DNA from: Phaeosaccion multiseriatum
Lineage: Eukaryota; Protista; Ochrophyta, other classes
Direction: 5' to 3'
Length of the DNA stretch: 64,000 nt
Assembly (NCBI GenBank): GCA_965112735.1
Contig: OZ218957.1
Location: forward strand, 682,001-746,000
Every line of letters starts with the position of its first letter. The stretch's first letter is position 1. Below are positions 61,327 through 64,000 of this stretch, piece after piece. The position numbers and the translations under genes were made by a program. Under the pieces are notes generated by a model. That model was not told where the DNA came from. It searched no databases and worked only from the letters and a program-made list of their open reading frames with translations.

Positions 61327-63599
61327 GTGCACGTAGGCCAAGCGGGCCGGCAAATTCGCTCCAACCTCTCGCCCTGGCGTGGTCGTCGGCTACGCCAACG
61401 CCACCGGCGCCTATCGCGTCTGGATTCCGTCCACCAACTCCATCCTCACGGACTGCTGGCACCTCACCATCTTTCACCGCTACTACGACCACGGCCACAG
61501 CATGAGATTTGCTCACATGCCTGTGGAGATTGCGCGCCTCCCCTCCACCGTCGTGGACGGGGATGCCCCACTGCAGCTCGGCACCTCCTCAGCCGACGGA
61601 GCCTCGTCCAGCGGAGCCTCAACCAGCGGAGCCTCGACCAGCGGAGCCACTGCTAGCGCTGCCCGTCGTCTCGGAGCCACTGCGGCAACTTCTGCTGTGC
61701 CTCCTGCTGCTGTGCCTCCTCCACGCACTTCTGCTGTGCCTACTGCTGCTGTGCCTCCTCCACGCAGCACCCCCAGCGCCGGACGCGACCGTGCCTCCGC
61801 CACGAGGCCCAGTGCCAGAGCAACTACACCGAGCTCACGCCTCGGAGCGCCCTGCCTCTTCCAGCATCGGACAGCTCGGACTTCCTGCCAGCAGCCCCCT
61901 TGCCCCCCCCATCGTTGCTCTCACCTCCTCCATCCCACCATTCCCCCACCCCTCCACCCTACCCTTCTCCTACCACCACTCCATCCCTTCCCTACCCCCC
62001 CAAGTCTTCCTCACCGCTACCTCCGACCCACGCATACCTACTTCATACAAAGCTGCCATTCAGGGTCCGGACGGGGAGGCGTGGCTCGCTGCCTGCCAGG
62101 AGGAGCTCGACAATCACGAGCGCAACGGCACCTTCGCTTTCGAGCAGCTTCCTCTTGGACAGCGCGCTATCGGCACGCGATGGGTCTTCAGTCTCAAGGA
62201 TAAGGAGGGCCATGTGATCAAGTTCAAGGCCCGCCTCGTCGCACAAGGCAACCAGCAGCTGGACTCCAACGTCTCGGACACCTCCTCTCCTGTCGTCCGC
62301 ATCTCTACTGTCCGTGCCGGCCTCGCTCTCGCCGCCGCCTGCTCCTGGCCCTTGGGCATCTACGACTTCATCAGCGCCTTCTTGAACGCTGACATGGACG
62401 ATGTCGTCTGGGCTCGCCAAGCCCCCGGCCAGAACGAGCGCGACGTGCACGGCCGGCGTCATCACCTCCGTCTCAAGAAGGCTCTCTACGGCTGCCGTCA
62501 GTCTTCTGTGCGTTGGTGGGTGACTCTCCGCGACTTTCTTATGGAGCTCGGCTTCACTCAGAGCCTCTCCGACGCGTGTGTCTTCACTCGTACTGGCGCT
62601 GACGGCATTACCATCATCTTCACCTTCGTGGACGATCTCCTCATCATGGGCCCTTCTGCCCCGGCTATCGACGCCTCAATCCGGTCAACACCTCCCTCTT
62701 CCTCGGCTTCACTCTGGAGCACCAGCTTGGCTCCATCATCATTCACCTCTCCAACTACATCTCCGACACATTGCCGCGCTTAGGCTTTGTCGACTGCCCT
62801 CGCACTTACCTGCCTGCGGTGCCTGGATCGGTCCTCTCCAAAGCCAAGGAGGGAGACCAGCTCCTCCCTCTCTCCGAGCTGGAGCAGAATCGCACCAACG
62901 TCGGAGTGCTGCAGTACATCAGCGGAGTGTGCCGACCCGACATCACCAACGCCGTGAGGGCTGTGTCTGAGCTGACACACGCTCCCACAGTCGCTCACCA
63001 GCAGGCGGTCGCAACCATCTTCAACTACCTCGCGACCACTTCGTCCTTCGGCATCACGTACTCATCTGCCTCCTTCTCTCCCTACGACTCTGCTCCCTCC
63101 TATCTCAGTGACCCTCTGCAGCTGGTGGCCTACTCGGACGCCTCCTACGCCTCCTGCCCAGACGAGCGCCTCTCCATCACGGGGCTCTCTCTTCACCTTG
63201 GCGGAGCAGCTGTGCAGTGGAGCAGCAGCAAGCAGTCTATCGTCGCTTGCTCCTCCAGCGAGTCGGAGTACGTGGCGGCAAGCAGCGCTACCAAGGAGAT
63301 ACTCAGCATGCGGTATACGCTGCGGGACTTCGAGTGCGAGCAGCGCTTCGCCACCTTCCTCCTTCAGGACAACAAGCCGGCCATCACCCTGGCAGAGAAC
63401 GAGCTCGCGCCGAGGAGGACTAAGCACATCGACGTGCGCTACCACCACATCCGCCAGCAGATCAAGTTCGGCACCGTCGCCATGGAGTATGTGGAGACGG
63501 CTCACCAGGCGGCAGACATCCTCACCAAGAATCTGAGCGAGCACTACTGCATTCGAGCGCCACCGTAAGACGCTTATGGGACTGTGATTTGCGGTGTGG

Positions 63600-63935
63600 T
63601 GTGAATTGTGATTCGCCTTTCATTCAAGTATGTCACGGGAGGGAGAAGGGAGGAAAGGGAGAGAATCACAGTTACAGAAGATTCGATTTGGAGCATTCCG
63701 TACGGAAGGGGGGTATAGAGCTACTGAACTCTGTCTGCCCATAGGCTCCACGTGGTCATAGTGCGCATGTGTTGACCTCTTCACGTGCGATAGTTCTTTC
63801 CTAGCAGGAGATCTTTCCTCCGTAGCTACAAAGTAAGTAATTTACTCGGTTTTTCACCAAGGCTTTTTCTCGTCTCTCGGCTCTCCTTCCGTCTACGCTT
63901 GCCAGCGCTTCCTTCTCTCTTTCCGAACTACAACA
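63600..63935 (+). repeat. 3' LTR
   Basis: Follows the pol stop at 63568. It shares 63668-63935 with the 5' LTR, with an extra ~30 bp near 63817-63850. The left boundary (TGTGAATT at 63600) is tentative. Confidence 0.8.
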
Positions 63936-63937
63936 CA

Positions 63938-64000
63938 AGCAACCCGGAGGTCAAGATCACGGGAGGTCGTCAACCGGGAAGCATGGTTCAACGTCTCGCC
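63938..64000 (+). pseudogene. 3' fragment of the degenerate multicopper oxidase duplicate
   Basis: AAC CCG GAG GTC AAG ATC ACG (G) GAG GTC GTC AAC...TGG...AAC GTC TCG reads NPEVKIT/EVVN..W..NVS. This matches NPEVGITEVVN...W..NISP at about 58158-58232, with a frameshift. Confidence 0.7.

Larger units (their letters stand above)
60029..63935 (+). mobile_element. Decayed, internally rearranged Ty1/copia LTR retrotransposon
   Basis: Direct terminal repeats both end in CTACAACA. Coding remnants: gag-like region (~60337-60950); integrase C-terminal SH3-like piece (GVVVGYANATGAYRVWIP); copia RT (AIGTRWVFSLK...KFKARLVAQG, YDFISAFLNA, LKKALYGCRQS, FVDDLLI); copia RNase H (YSDASYA, WSSSKQSIVACSSSESEY, DNKPAI, RTKHIDVRYH, ADILTK). 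Frameshifts are present, and protease and integrase core were not seen. Confidence 0.92.

Overview
This is GC-rich, microsatellite-dense eukaryotic nuclear DNA with GT-AG introns. The bipartite-type leader on HCF101 and the signal-like leader on gyrase A suggest an alga with a secondary plastid, probably an ochrophyte (inference). Six protein-coding genes form three head-to-head pairs. (1) A single-exon sulfotransferase-family gene (-) faces a giant 7-exon gene (+, 3096-38386). All six introns of the giant gene are phase-compatible, joining seven separate ORF-track entries into one ~11,200-aa secreted protein with cadherin/Ig-like 'PVNDaP' repeats, 'EVQ' repeats and ELWxxDGT repeats. (2) Plastid HCF101 (-) faces organellar gyrA (+, 21 exons), which has Ile at the E. 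coli Ser83 position. (3) Organellar uL13 (-) faces a CotA/bilirubin-oxidase-like multicopper oxidase (+) with a C-terminal NPCBM-like domain and one apparent frameshift. The window ends with a decayed Ty1/copia element that carries a ~600-bp internal palindrome and sits inside a degenerate copy of the oxidase gene. The strongest unexplained signal is a small set of fixed DNA words (AGTTGGTGATAC, AGTTGGTCATCC, GATGGCAGTGGATGG and others). They recur dozens of times on both strands, in different reading frames of exons and in introns. In introns they tend to switch orientation between a G-rich 5' arm and a complementary C-rich 3' arm. All counts and splice sites were read by eye and no database searches were run.
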